Positions 36,675 to 49,493 of a DNA stretch of 64,000 nt are shown in pieces. Each line of letters opens with the position of its first letter. Within the stretch, counting starts at the first letter, position 1. Source of the DNA: Cyanophora paradoxa CCMP329 (Eukaryota > Plantae > Glaucophyta). The stretch is from assembly GCA_004431415.1 (NCBI GenBank), contig QPMI01000627.1, positions 1 to 64,000 of the forward strand, in the 5' to 3' direction. Below the pieces are notes generated by a model that saw only the letters and a list, made by a program, of their open reading frames with translations, did no database searches and was not told the origin of the DNA. The position numbers and the translations under genes are program-made.

Positions 36675-39290
36675 ATGTCGGACATGGAAGGTGCGATGCT
36701 TGCCGCGAGCCCGGTTCCATCGCCTCTGACGCACGTTCCGCGCTCGCGCAGATGAGTACGAGTTCGAATGTGCGTACACGCTGGACGGCACATTCGCGGC
36801 TAGCGGGCGTGGTCGGTGCGCCCCGCTGAGCGCCCCGCGCCCGCAGACTCGGACGAGGAGCCCGAGGAGGAGAATGTGAACATTGAGAACCAGTACTACA
36901 ACTCCAAAGGTGCGCACGATGGCCGGCTTCATCCCCGAAGCGTGTCGCTGTCCGCTCGCATGCCCGGAGTGACCGCTGCACCAGGCCTGCGCGAGGGCGA
37001 CGTGAAGGCGGCGCTGGACGGCTTCGAGCAGGTCGTCAAGATGGAGCCCGAGAAGGGGGAGTGGTGCGCCCGACGTGCGTCGCTTGTGCCTGTCGGCGCT
37101 GAGCAGCGCGTTCGATCAGGGGCTTCAAGGCGCTCAAGCAGATGGTGAAGCTGAACTTCAAGCTCAAGAACTTCAAGGCTATGATGGAGAAGTACAAGCA
37201 GGCGCGCCGCCGCCCTGCCTTGTCGCGCCCTGCGGCGCTGCTGCCAGTGCCTGCCACCGCCGCGTTGCTGAGCCCGCCACCGCGCAGCTGCTGACGTACA
37301 TCAAGTCGGCCGTGACGCGAAACTACAGCGAGAAGTGCATCAACAACATCCTCGACTACGTCTCCAGCGCCCAGACGGTGCCCGCTTCCACCCTGCGCGC
37401 CGCGCCGCGCCGCGCCAGCCCCGGCCTGACGGCGCCCGGCGGCGCGCAGATGGAGCTGCTGCAGGACTTCTACGAGACTACCCTGGATGCGCTCCGAGAC
37501 GCCCAGAACGAGGTCGGCCGCGGCCTCAGTCTGCCGGCCCCGCCCCGCCGGCGCCGCTCACGCGCCGCCCCTCCAGCGCCTCTGGTTCAAGACGAACCTG
37601 AAGCTCGGAAAGCTCTGGTTCGACATCGGCGAGTACTCCAAGCTGCAGAAGGTCCCCCCCTTCCTTTTCCTTCCTTCCTTGCTTCCTCCCTCGTTCGCTG
37701 AGCGAGCGGGCGGGCGGGCTGGCGGGGCGGCAGATCCTGAAGGACCTACACAAGAGCTGCCAGCGCGAGGACGGCACCGACGACCACAAGAAGGGCACCC
37801 AGGCGCGACTTCCGCTCTCCGCCCCCCGCCTGCCCTGCGCCCTCTCCGCCCTGAACCCCCTCGCCCCCAGCTCCTGGAGGTCTTCGCCCTCGAAATCCAG
37901 CTCTACACCGCCACCAAGAACAACAAGAAGCTCAAGCAGGCGCGCCCCGCCCCGCCCCGCCCCGACTCGCTTTTCTTCGCAGCTTACCCCCCCGCAGCTG
38001 TACCAGCGGGCGCTGCAGATCAAGGCGGCGATCCCCCACCCGCGCATCATGGGGGTCATCCGCGAGTGTGGAGGCAAGCCGCCTCCTTCCCTCCCCCCCT
38101 CCGCGCGGGTCCGAGCGCCGGCGGGCGGGCCGGCGTGCGCAGGGAAGATGCACATGGGCGAGCGGGAGTGGGAGAAGGCCCGCACCGACTTCTTCGAGGC
38201 CTTCAAGAGCTACGACGAGGCGCGCCGGCCCCTGTACCCCTCTCCCCGCGCGCCCCTCCGAGTCTGACTGATCCCCGGGGGCCAGGCCGGCTCGCCGCGG
38301 CGGATCCAGTGCCTCAAGTACCTCGTGCTGGCGAACATGCTCATGCAATCCGAGATCAACCCGTTCGACTCCCAGGCGGGCCCCTTCCCTCCCTCCCTCC
38401 GCGCCCCGCACCTGCCGCGCCTGAACCGCGCCTCGCGCAGGAGGCGAAGCCGTACAAGAACGACCCCGAGATCGTCGCCATGACCGACCTGGCTCGCCCC
38501 CCTCCCTCCCCTCCTCCTCTACCCCCCCCCCTCTGAAGCCCCCCAAGGTCTCGGCGTACATGCGCGACGAGATCCACGAGTTCGAGAAGATCCTCAAGGC
38601 GCGCCCGGCCCCGCCCTCCCCGCCCCGCCTCTCCGCTCCCCCCCCTGACCCCCGCGCCGCGCCGCAGAACAACCGGCGGACGATCATGGACGACCCGTTC
38701 ATCCGGCAGTACATCGAGGACCTCCTGCGCAACATCCGCACCCAGGCCCGCCCCCCCGCTCGCCCGCCCGCCCGCCCGCCCGCCCCGCCGCCTTGCTCTG
38801 CTCTGCCTTGCGCCCGCCCGCGCTGAGGCCTCCGCCCACCAGGTCCTCCTCAAGCTCATCAAGCCCTACACCCGCATCCGCATCCCCTTCATCTCCAAGG
38901 CCCGCCCTCCCCCCCCCCCTTACCCCCTACCCCCTACCCCCCATGACCCCGGGTACAGGAGCTGAACATCCCGGAGGCGGACGTGGAATCCCTCCTCGTG
39001 GCCCTCATCCTCGACAACCGCATCTCCGGCTGCATCGACCAGGCGCGCCGTACCCCCCTCCTCGCATCGTACCAGTACCCCTCCGTCTGACCCCGTCTCA
39101 GGTGAACCAGCTGCTGGAGCTGCACGACAAGGGCAAGACCACCAAGAAGTACGCGTCCCTCGACAAGGCACGTACCCCCCCGCCCCGCGCCTCTACCGCG
39201 CGCGCCGCGCGTCGCTGAGGCCGCCCCGATGCGCAGTGGTCCTCCCAGCTGGCGTCCCTCCACAGCACCATCATCAACAAGCTCCTCTGA
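36675..39290 (+). CDS. CSN2: COP9 signalosome subunit 2; 18 introns
   Basis: [135 protein letters not shown]. Confidence 0.98.
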
Positions 39291-39520
39291 CCCCCGCCCT
39301 CCCGCCTCTCCGCCCGCCCCGCCCTTTTTCCTTCCTCTGCGCCCCGCCCCGCCCTTTGCCCCGCCCCCCTCCCATCCCTCCCGCCCGCTTCGCGACCGCC
39401 CGCCCGCCCGCACCGCCCTGCCCCCGCCCCCCGCCCTCCACGCCCCGGCCCCCGCCTTCCGCTGCTGTCCGTCTACGTTGTACAAGTAACTAACTAACTC
39501 GGGACCTAGCCGACTCGATA

Positions 39521-40464
39521 TCAGCCGGCGCCGACGGTCTGGAAGCCGCCCTTGATGCGGTGGTGGGAGCGCTTGAGCTGCTTGTTGAGGAAGACCCAGT
39601 CGGTGAGGGGGTTGTTTGATGCGACCTTCGTGTCGTAGACGTACGGCAGCAGCAGCGGGATCGGCTTCTCTGTGAACAGCAGCACCTGCGGGGGCGTTCG
39701 GCGAGCTCCGGATCCGGCGGGGGCGCCGCCTGCGCGCCGCGGTCGCGGGTTTCTACGCACGTGGACGTAGTTCGAGCCGGGCTTGAGGGGGCAGGGGATC
39801 GGGTCCGATAGCAGGATCTGCTGCACTGCGGCGGCGCTCAGCGCGGGGCGAGACCGGCCGGGCAGCTGCAGGGGCGCGGCGAGCGGGGGCGGGCGCACCC
39901 TTGTCGAAGTCGAAGGCCGTGTCGATCTCTATCCTATTCACCTGCGGCCGAGGGTTACGGGGTCTGCAGGCCGGCCGCGGGTCTGCGGCGAGGGTCGCGG
40001 GGTTGTGTTCACCACGCGCGGTCCCTCCCGCACGATGCCCATGTTCTTCACCGGCATCGGAATGAGCCCTGCGCGGCGCGGCGGGCGTCACGGCGTGAGC
40101 AGGTCGCCCGGCGCCGCGGGGCGATCGATCTGGCACGAGCCGACGGCGCGGCGGGCAGGCGCACTCGATCCCTGCGCCTCGACGCGCATCTGAGATAGAT
40201 AAGAGGCGTTCAGCTGTGGCGCGGCGCGGCCTGGCGGCCCCGGAAGCTAGCCTAGTAGCGCCAGCCTTGGACCCCAGCGCCCTTCCGCGCGCGCCCGAGC
40301 CGCAGGGCTCGCCGCTCTTAGCTGCAATCGAAAGCATGGTGCATAGCGCGGCTCTGCACCTGCTCTTTGTCAACTTGGTCCTTTATCCAGCAGCGGACGA
40401 GCTCCTCGGGTTCCATCCCGCCGCTCGCCGCTGGCGCGACGACCGCCTCCTCTGACACCGCCAT
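39521..40464 (-). CDS. Hypothetical protein (~170 aa, multi-exon)
   Basis: Exons join in frame: MAVSEEA..CWIKDQVDKEQ|..|LNASYLSQMR..LIPMPVKNMG..|VNRIEIDTAFDFDK|VQQILLSDPIPCP..YVH|VLLFTEKPIPLLLPYVYD..LTDWVFLNKQLKRSHHRI; no family recognised. Confidence 0.65.
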
Positions 40465-40645
40465 GTGCAGGAAATCGAGCTCGCGAGCCTAGCGCTGCTA
40501 GTGGCGCTGCTGGCGCTGTTAAAGTTGCGCTGAACTTGCGCACCTAGCGGGGGTACGCGTCACAGGAGTTCGTCAGTTCGGCTCGAGCTCGCAATGCCTG
40601 ACGACGGCGCACCCGTCGTCGAGGGCGCACCGTCCACCGGGCACC

Positions 40646-42300
40646 ATGGCCGGTACGCGCCGCTGGCCCAGTTCCTAATTGCCCCGCGTAACTTCCCAGG
40701 GCGCAGCACATACACGGCGGAGCAGGTCAAGCTGAAGGACGAGTTCAGGGCGAAGCTTGCCGACGTCACTGACGAGGAGAAGCGGTGCGCCGCGGACGGT
40801 CGCGCGAGCGCCGGTTTTCGCCGCCAACTCAGCAGGCTCACCCGCCACGCGCTGCGCTGCGCTCTGTTTTTGCAGGGCTTGGCTCGACGATGCATGCCTC
40901 TACAGGTGAACTGCTCCCCCCTCTGGCTGCGCGCGGTGCGCCCGAAGTTCCTGAGCCCTGCCCTGCAGGCACCTGCGCGCCCGGAGCTGGGACCTGACCA
41001 AGGCCGAGACGATGCTGCGCGCCGGGATGAAGTGGCGGTTCGACGACTACCGGCCCATGGACATCAAGTGGAGCGAGGTGGAGAAGGAGGGCGAGACCGG
41101 CAAAGTGTACGCGCGAGCTCGAGGCCTCCGCGCCGCGCCGGCTCACGGCGCGCCGCAGCTACCGCAACGGGAAGGACAAGCTCGGGCACCCGGTGCTCAT
41201 CATGCGGCCCAAGAACCAGAACACGAAGGACCGCGTGGGCCAGATCAAGCTCCTCGGTCCGTCTCCCGTCGGCCGCGCGCCGCCGCGCCGGGGCGCGCCG
41301 GGCGCCGACGCGCGGCGCCGCGGCGCGCAGTGTACATGCTGGAGCGGTGCTGCGAGGAGATGACGGACGGCGTGGAGCAGCTCCTCCTCATCATCGACTT
41401 CAAGGGCTACGGCTACTCCAACGCCCCCGTGCGCCCGCCCGCCCGCCCTGCCCGCCCGGCGCCGGCCCCGGCGCCGGCGCCCCAAAGCGCGTTCAAGTCA
41501 ATTTACAATAGAGGAAGTGCTACAAATGTAGTACGGAAACGACCGCAGCCTAATTAGGGCGGAATTAATCGCAGGACATGGGGACGAGCCAGGAGACGCT
41601 GCACATCGTGTCGAACTACTACCCCGAGCGGCTCTTCCGGGCGCTCTCGGTGGACCCGCCCTGGATCTTCTGGGCCTTCTACAAGCTCATCACCCCTTTC
41701 ATCGACCCTATCACCGCCCAGAAGGCGAGCCGCCCTCCGGCCAGCCGCGTTTGAGAGGAGTCAGAGTTAGACCGACAGAGGCTTCCAAGACGCGCCCCGG
41801 CCAGCGCGGGGGCTGCTAACCGTAGTCTACTCGCGCCCCGGGGGCGCCCTCAGAGCAGCCGGAGGTCGCCGGCCCCTTCTGAGCCCCCCGCGCGCAGGTG
41901 CAGTTCGCGCCGGAGGGGCGCGACTCGAGCGCGGCGGCGTACGACAAGCTCTACGAGCTCGTCCCCAAGGAGGACCTCGAGGAGCTCCTCCACGGCTCCT
42001 CCAAGGCCCGCCGCCCCCCCTCGCTCCCGGCGTGATCCGAGGTCTCCGCCGCCTGACCCCGAGGCGTCGCGTCGCAGTGGGTCTTCAAGGTCGAGGACTA
42101 CCGCGTCGACGTGCGCGGCGGGGCACCTCTGCCACGACATCGGGCGCGTTCGCGCCTCACTTCGTTCGCAGGAGCTGGCGAACGACCTCCGGAAGGTGCG
42201 GCTGCGGGAGGAGCGACAGAAGCGCGCCGCCGCCGCCGGCTCCTCCTCCAGCGGCGAGGCCGCCGCCGCCGCCGCCGCCACCGCTGAGGCCCAGGCCTAG
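40646..42300 (+). CDS. CRAL-TRIO / Sec14-like lipid-binding protein (PDR16/RSC5-like)
   Basis: DDACLYRHLRARSWDL.KA..ML....KWR, GKDKLGHPVLIMRP, LIIDFKG, NYYPERL, PPWIF..FYKLITPFIDPITAQKV. Confidence 0.92.
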
Positions 42301-42594
42301 GCCCAGGCTCAGGCCTCGAACTCGAAGCTTTCGAACGCTCTGAAAGATGCGCATGCCGTCCCTCTCTGCAGCAACGCGGTGCCTGGGCATGGGGCCTGCC
42401 GGGCCGGGGACTGGGCGATCGGGATCCAGCAGCCTACTGTCGACGTAGAGGCTTGCAATTGCGAGATTCAATCCGAAGAAAAAGAAGGGCGACATACATT
42501 AAGCGGAGACTGCGAAGGAGGGAAACGGGCGGACGCTCAGGGAGCGGGGATCCGGATGCGGGGGGGGGCGCGGGAAGGTACAGGGTGCGTTCGG

Positions 42595-44746
42595 CTAGTC
42601 GAGGAGGCGGGAGTTGTCCACGGAGCGGTAGGAGGGGGGGCACGCGGCCGCGGTGAGGCCGCAGAGGGGCAGGAACTTGGCGAGGGGCCAGGGCAGCGGC
42701 ACCGAGCAGTCGCTGAGGCCGCGCGCGCGCCCCTGCTTGCCGGCCGGCTGCGGGAGGAGCGGGAGGGCCCCCGGGTCCTTCTCGCGCTGCGAGAGGAGCC
42801 CGGCCGAGGCGTTGAGGCCACAGACCAGGTCCTCCAGGGCCGCCCGGTCGGGCAGCAGGCCCGTCAGCTCCGTCCCGTCCACCGCCCGCTTGTGGTCGTA
42901 GATAAGCTGCCGGGGCCCCCGCGTGAGCGCGGCGCGCCCCCCGGATCGGGCGGCGTCCTCTGTGCAACCTAGAAGATCTGGAGCCCCAGGCCTGGCCAGC
43001 CTCAAGGCGCCCGTCCCCTAGCCGTACCCGAGCCCAGCCTGGGGGCGGCGCGGGCGGACCTGGCAGATGGCCTCGTTGCGGAGGTAGGCCGCCAGCGCGA
43101 GCGGCGTCACGTTGCTGTCCGTCCGCGCCTCCAGGTTCGCCCCCGCATCCAGCAGCAGCCTGGGGGAACGTTCGTTCGTTTAGGGGGGAAGAAGCGGTGC
43201 GGGGGTACGCGGGCGGGCGACCGAGCACCGGACGACGTCGACGTGCTGGCGGGAGACGGCGGCGACGAGGGGCGAGGTGCCGTCGGCGCGGGGCAGGTTG
43301 GCGTCGGCGCCCGCCGCGACAAGCACGGCGACGACGTCCGAGTGGCCCTCCAGCGACGCCATAAACAGCGCTGCCCGCCCCCGCGAGCCGGCGGTCAGGC
43401 GGCGCGAACGTGCTCCGTTTCTTGGTTCTAGAGGGCGGGGCGGGGGCGGGGGCGCGGGCGGGCGGGCGGGCGCACCGCTGGTGCCGTCGCGGCGCGTGGC
43501 GTTCACGTCGGCCCCGTGGTCGATCAGGAGCCTCACGATGGGGAGGAACCTACCGCCCGCCCGCCCGCCCGCGCTCGGCCGGAGAGAAAAAGAGGGGGGG
43601 GGAGGAAAGCATAGGGGTACCCGATTTCGGAGAGGGCGATGAGGGGCCTGAGGCCCTTCTTGGAGGAGACGCAGGGGTCGGCGCCCTTGTCGAGGAGGAA
43701 CTTGACGACGTCTGGGGAGAGAATCCGAAGAGGGGACAGTCAGCGAAGCCGCTGAGTCAGCTAAGCACAGCCCGCTCGACTGGGAGCTCTCACCCGTTCG
43801 GTTGTAAACGGCCGCCGCGAAGAGCGGCGTCGTGTCGTTCTGCGCGCGCGGCGTCGGCGTCGGCCTCGGCGGGGGGCGGGGCGGCAGGATCCGGGACGGC
43901 GGGGCGGACCTTATCCTTTGCGTCGAGAAGGGCGCCTGCGCGGGGCGGGCCCGGGGCGGATCAGAGGGGCGCGAGGGGTGCGGGAGGGGCAGGGCGGGCG
44001 CCGCCGCACCGTTGTCGAGGAGGAAGCGGGCAACGTTCAGGTGACCGTTCGCGCTCGCGATGTAGAGGGGCGTCCGCTCGTCGTCGTTCCGCTCGTCAAC
44101 CGACGCGCGGTTCTCGATCAGGACCCTGCGCCGCGCCGCGCCGCGCCGCCGGCGTCAGATCGGTTCAGATCAGCTCCGATCAGGCTTTGAACGTGAGCGC
44201 ACTTGCAGACGTGGACGTAGCCGCTGGAGGCGGCGACGAAGAGCGGCGTGCGCCCGCCGTTGCCCTTGGCGTTGACGGGCGCGCCCGCCGCGATCACCTC
44301 CTGCGCTACCTCGTGGAAGCCCTCCTGCGCGCCGGCGGGCTCGGATCGGGGCGGGTGGGGGCGCTCGGGCGCGGGCCCGGGTCGGCCCCGGCGGTTCGTG
44401 TTCGCCCGCCGCAGCGGCAGCCGCTTGGAACCCACGGCACGCCCAAAGTCTCGTGCGCTCGTACGCGCTTCGATCACTCTTTAACTGCGAGACCGCGCAC
44501 CACGCAAGCAGCGAGGAGGCCGTCCTGCAGCTCCCAGCGCCAGTCTGTGCCTCGCTCATCCGGCCGCGAGCGGAGCGCTTCCCTGCGGCCAGTCCCCCGT
44601 CAGGCACCATGCAGCGGCGCGCAGGAGGCGGCTTAACGCAAGCCCAGCCGGGCGCCCGCGGCAGGACGGCGTCTCAGGTGTCTGCGGTGGGCGACGCACC
44701 TGACCGCATCCAAATCGCCGGCCTGACACGCCGCGAACAGAGCCAT
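42595..44746 (-). CDS. Ankyrin-repeat protein (about 7-8 repeats)
   Basis: GRTPLFVAASSGYVHVC, ERTPLYIASANGHLNVARFLL, TTPLFAAA, GTSALFMASLEGHSDVV, GTSPLVAAV, VTPLALAA. Confidence 0.88.
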
Positions 44747-45315
44747 CGCCTCTGCCGCCTTCGTGCAGCCGAGGGTGCGCGGCGGGGTTGTCCTTGGCGG
44801 GCCGGTTGCTGCGGGTTTGCCGGTTGCGGCCTGTACGGCCTATGCGGCGTGTACGTCCACCGCAGCGCGTGCTGTAGCGATGCAGCCGCGCCGCTCTGAT
44901 AACGCCCGCGCAACTTTCGCGCCCTTGCTCCGGGGGTAGTGGATTAGAGGGCGATGAAATGAGGAACGTTTAACCGCCGCGGCGCCGGCGCACTCAAGTG
45001 TCATATGTAGTGTGAGTGCGCATGCGGCAACGCGTTGAAGAGCCCAGAGGCGCCCGGGTTCGGAGGCGCAACGAACGTACGCGTGCCGGCAGGCACGTGG
45101 CAGGCACACTGTGTGTGTGTGACAGGCTCGCAACACTGATCATGAGGAGGGGAGAAAGAGTACATTACAGGGCGGGAACAGGTGGAGGTGCCACGCCGCT
45201 GAGAGCGGGGAAAGCGGCGCGGGGAGCGGGCCTGGGGGAAGAGGCGCGGGCAGGGAGGCGAGGGCGGGCTAAAGCGGCGCTGGCGGGCGTAACGCTAACG
45301 GGAACGGAGTCGGCC

Positions 45316-46942
45316 CTACTTCTTTTGGTTGAAGAGGACGTCCTTGATTACCTGAAGGAGCGAGGGCCCCGAGCTCAGGGGGGCGGCGCAAGGGGCGTTG
45401 CAGGCGGGATTCGAACCTGCGACATGAGCCCGTGGCACTGCTCCACCGCAATCTTCGAGGCGTCCCTCGTGATCTGGCGGGAAGCCTTCAGAGGGGGTAC
45501 CGCAGGCCGGCCGGAAGGGGGGGACGGGCGCGCCTTCGTCAGGGGGGAGTCGTCCGTCGCCGACGTGCCCTTCTTGCGGCCCTCCGGCATATAGTACCCC
45601 ATCCGCGAGCCGTGCGAGAGCTGCCAGGGGCTTCGGTGGAATGCGGGGTACGCAAGAGGCGGAAGAAGAAAGGGGGTACCTGGTTCTCCGCCTGCTCCAG
45701 CTTCTCGGCGAGGTCGGCGATCTGCCCCGCCGTGTACTCCCGGTTCTGCGCCGGCGCTCAGGAGCCAGCCCCGGAGGCGCCGCCTTTCCCTTTGGGCGCA
45801 CGGCCAGGATCGGGGAGGAGGAGAGGGTGTTGATCCAGTACTTGTTCCAGAGCAGGTCCAGCAGGTGCGTGTCCAGGGAGGACTTGAAGTACGAGATCTC
45901 CAGCGGGTAGTACCTGGCAAAGAAGAAGAAAGAAGGGGAGTGAGGAGGGGCGGAAGGAGGGGGAGCGACCGCCCCCACGGCCCGGCCCGGCGCACTGCTT
46001 GCAGTGGACGCCGAAGTCCTCGATCTTGGAGAGGGGGATCGTCTGCGTCCCGGGACGTGAGGGGCGATAGAGGGATAAGGAGGGGAGAGGAGGCGGTCCT
46101 GGTACTCGGAGGGGGCCTCGTCGGGCGGCTTGAAGCCCTCCGGGTAGGTCCGGAAGGCGCCAATCTCGACCTTGCCGGCCGAGATGGTGCGCGTGGGGTC
46201 AATCTGCGCGGCGCCACGCGTTGGCGCCCGCGGGAAAGGAGCGGGGCGCGGCTGGCCGCACGACGACGGCGAGGAAGGGCTCCTGGTACTGCTGGTTCGA
46301 CATTTGCGTGGTCACGTCGATGCCGGAGAGCCAGCAGCCGTAACCAGGGTGGCTGTGATACCACCCGACCACGTTCTCTAGCCTGCCAACCTGCGGGGCG
46401 GCGCGGACCCCGTCAGCTGTCATTCTCAAGGGCGCCGAGCGGCGGCGCGGGCGGCGGCGGGCGGCGGCGCGGTGCAGAACGGCGCGAACCTTTTCGTTCA
46501 GCTCCTTGTACTGCACCATATACTCGTACGCTTCGGCCTGTGCGTTCACGCGCGTCTCCGTGCCTTCGACGGGGAGGGCGAACGAGTCGAGCACGATGAT
46601 GGTGGAGCCGTCCACCTTGCCCTGCATGACGCCCATGACTTCAATGGTGCCGCCGGAACGCGCGTGCATGACCATCTTCAGGAGGGCGAGCGCTGAGATC
46701 TTGACATTCTGTGGGAGCGGCACGCCGCGCAGGCGCCCGAGCTAAGCAGGCAGTCAACGCCGCAGCACGTTTCGCGCGCGTACTTTGAAGTAGTGAGGGT
46801 CCTTCGTCCACGGCTTGCCTGCGATGATGGCTTTCTGCTCATCCGCGTTGTACTTGAAGATGGCGTCGGGGTCGACTGTATCTATCGAGTTCTCGAGCTC
46901 GAAGCGCTTCTGCGCGTCGCGGCTCGATGAGCTCGCCGCCAT
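45316..46942 (-). CDS. CSN5: COP9 signalosome subunit 5 (JAMM deneddylase)
   Basis: [103 protein letters not shown]. Confidence 0.98.
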
Positions 46943-47057
46943 GCGAACTCTGTGCCTACTGTACCCCCGCACTGCTTCTTCCCCCACATCGACTTGTTTA
47001 GCTTTGCTCCCACACCGTGGCACCGGCTAGCTATTGGCGGTCGTAGCTCCATCGGCA

Positions 47058-49493
47058 TGCCGCCGATGTTAACGGTACGGAATACGTCCTGCGCCCAGCC
47101 GCCGCGCTCGGAGTCTGACCGTGTGCGACAGCTCGCCCAGCAAGCGGAGCTGGAGAGGGAAGAGGAGCTATTGGACATACAGCGACAGCAGCGGCGTGAG
47201 TACTATGCGACAACAAGCAAAGAAGGCAAGCTGCTCCGAGGCTGCTGCAATCGAGGCTGCTGGGCGCACAGCGCTCCGCGAGCCGCCCTGGGGCCGCCGC
47301 CTGGCTTTCTAGCGCATGAATCCAGCCTTGGTGGCATCGAAGACCAGCCCCACGCTAGCTAGCGCCGCTAGGGCCTCCGGGGCCGAGCCGCCGGTTCTCC
47401 CCAACCGCTGCGCCGCTGACCGCCGCGCCCGCGTCGCAGACATCGCCGTTTTTGAGAGCAGGTTAGGCCTCAGTCCAGTTGTCATTCCGGAGAACCACCT
47501 TAGCTACGATGCGAGGAAGGCGATAGAGGAGACTGAACTGTCTAGGATGGTGCGCGGCCCCGCCCGCCCCGCCCCGCCAGCCCGCGCGCTCAGCCCCCGC
47601 GCAGGGTGTGCGCAAGAAGCGCGCGCAGCGGCCGCCGAGCCCGCTCTCGTACTACGGTGCGCCCTGGGCGGCCCGGAGGCCCCGCGCCGCGGCGCCGGCG
47701 GCCGCTCACGCCCCGGCCAGATTTCGGAGCGGTGGTGAAGCGGATACCGAGCAAGGGGGGCCTGGCAAAGGCGGGGAGCACGGGGAACCTGAGCCAGAAC
47801 CTCACGGGCTTCCCGACGGGCCCGCTGGCGGGCCTGGACACGAGCGCGCTCTCGGCGGTGACGCGCTCGGTCCAGATGATGGCGACGGGGGCGACGGGGG
47901 CGTCCCGCGCGAGCCTCGGGACGAGCGCGTCGGCGCTGCTGCAGACGGTGGCCGACCTCGACGCCCTCGCCCCCGTCGACGTCGTCCGCGGCGAGCACCG
48001 CAAGCGCGACCGCACCGTGAAGGTCTTTTGCCGTACCCCCTTCTTCCCCCCCCCCCCCTTCCGCCATGAGCCCGCGGCGGCAGACGGCGGTGGAGTCGAG
48101 GTACCCCCCGATGGTGACGGGGGACCCCGGGATCGACCGGGATATGCCGACGTACAGCGCCAGCGAGATGCTGCGGGGGAACATGGCGCGCGCGCCCCCG
48201 CACCCGCCCCGCCCTTCCTTCCCCCCTGACTGGACGGCAGATCGCGACGAGGGCGTCGGTGGAGCGGCTGGCGTCGGGGCGGCTGAGCCCCGCGCCCCAC
48301 TCCGTCGTCAAGAGCCTGCGGCAGTCGTGGGCGAGCCTCGCGCCCACGCGCAGGACGGCCGCCGCCGCCAAGTCGCGCGCCTCCACGGCCGGCAGCAGCG
48401 AGGCCAGCGGGGCGGTGCTGCGCGACGACGGCGCCCGCCGCGCCGTCCGCTCCGCCTCGGCCGAGCACATGCTCGAGCCGATCTTCTGCCCCACGGGCTG
48501 CAGCCAGGCCCCGGTCGGCCCCCCCGCGCCCCCCCTCGCCCCACCCCCCAGGCCCGCCTGACGCCGTATGCACGCAGCCGCTCTCGCACGCGCACGAGTT
48601 TATTCGCTGCTCGAAGCTCAACTCCCTCTTCTCGGACCACCCCTCCTTCAGCATGGTGCGCCGGGCCCGGGCGCCCGCGCCGGCGCCGGTCGGCGCCCCG
48701 GTCCGAGGCCGGCCGCAGCAGGAGCGGGCGTTCCGGGCGGCGGAGGACTTGCGGCGGGGGCGGGAGCGGGAGAAGATGGAGCGGGAGGCCCGAGAGCTCC
48801 ACCTCGCCATCCGGGAGCTCGAGCGCGCCAAGCTGCTCGGTCCGCCCGCCCGCCCCGCCCGGCCGCCCGGCCCTATCGCCCTTTGCTGCGTTGTGTTGAG
48901 GCCGGGCGGGGCAGAGCGGCAGCGGGCGCACTTCTGGGAGGCGGTGGAGCGGCGCGAGCCGCACGCGCTGCGGCAGCTCCGCGAGCTCAGCGCCATCCGC
49001 GACGAGGCGCGAACGAAGCGACGCCGTACCCCCGCCGCCTCGGAGGGCGCGCGCCCCTGACGGGTGGCCCGGCAGGACGCGAGGCGCGACGTGGGGGACT
49101 TCGAGTTGGAGTCGGGGCCCGCGGCGGCCCCCGCGGCGGCCGGCGGCTCCAGCGAGGTCCTCGGCGCCCGCCTCTCGAACCTCCCGGCCGCCGCAGCCCA
49201 GATCGCCCTCCTCCGCGCCGCCCGCCGCGCCGCCTCGGGCTCCCCCACCGCCGTCGACCCCCGCAGGCTGTGCGCCGCCCCGGCCGAGCTCGGCCCCCCT
49301 CACAGCCCCCCCGCTGAGGCCGCGCCGGTGCGCCCGCAGGTACGGGGCGACGGGGATGGCGTACGTGAGCCCGGGGAGCAAGGGCCCCGACAGCCTGGAG
49401 GAGCCGGGTACGCAGATGACGGAGCTCGAGCAGTTCGGGGAGCGCGTGCGCGCCATGCAGGCCAAGCCCCGCACCTCCTCCGTCTCCAGCTAG
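47058..49493 (+). CDS. Hypothetical low-complexity / coiled-coil protein
   Basis: Exon chain with consensus splice sites; charged helical segments (AELEREEELLDIQRQQRR; REREKMEREARELHLAIRELERAK); no family recognised. Confidence 0.55.
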
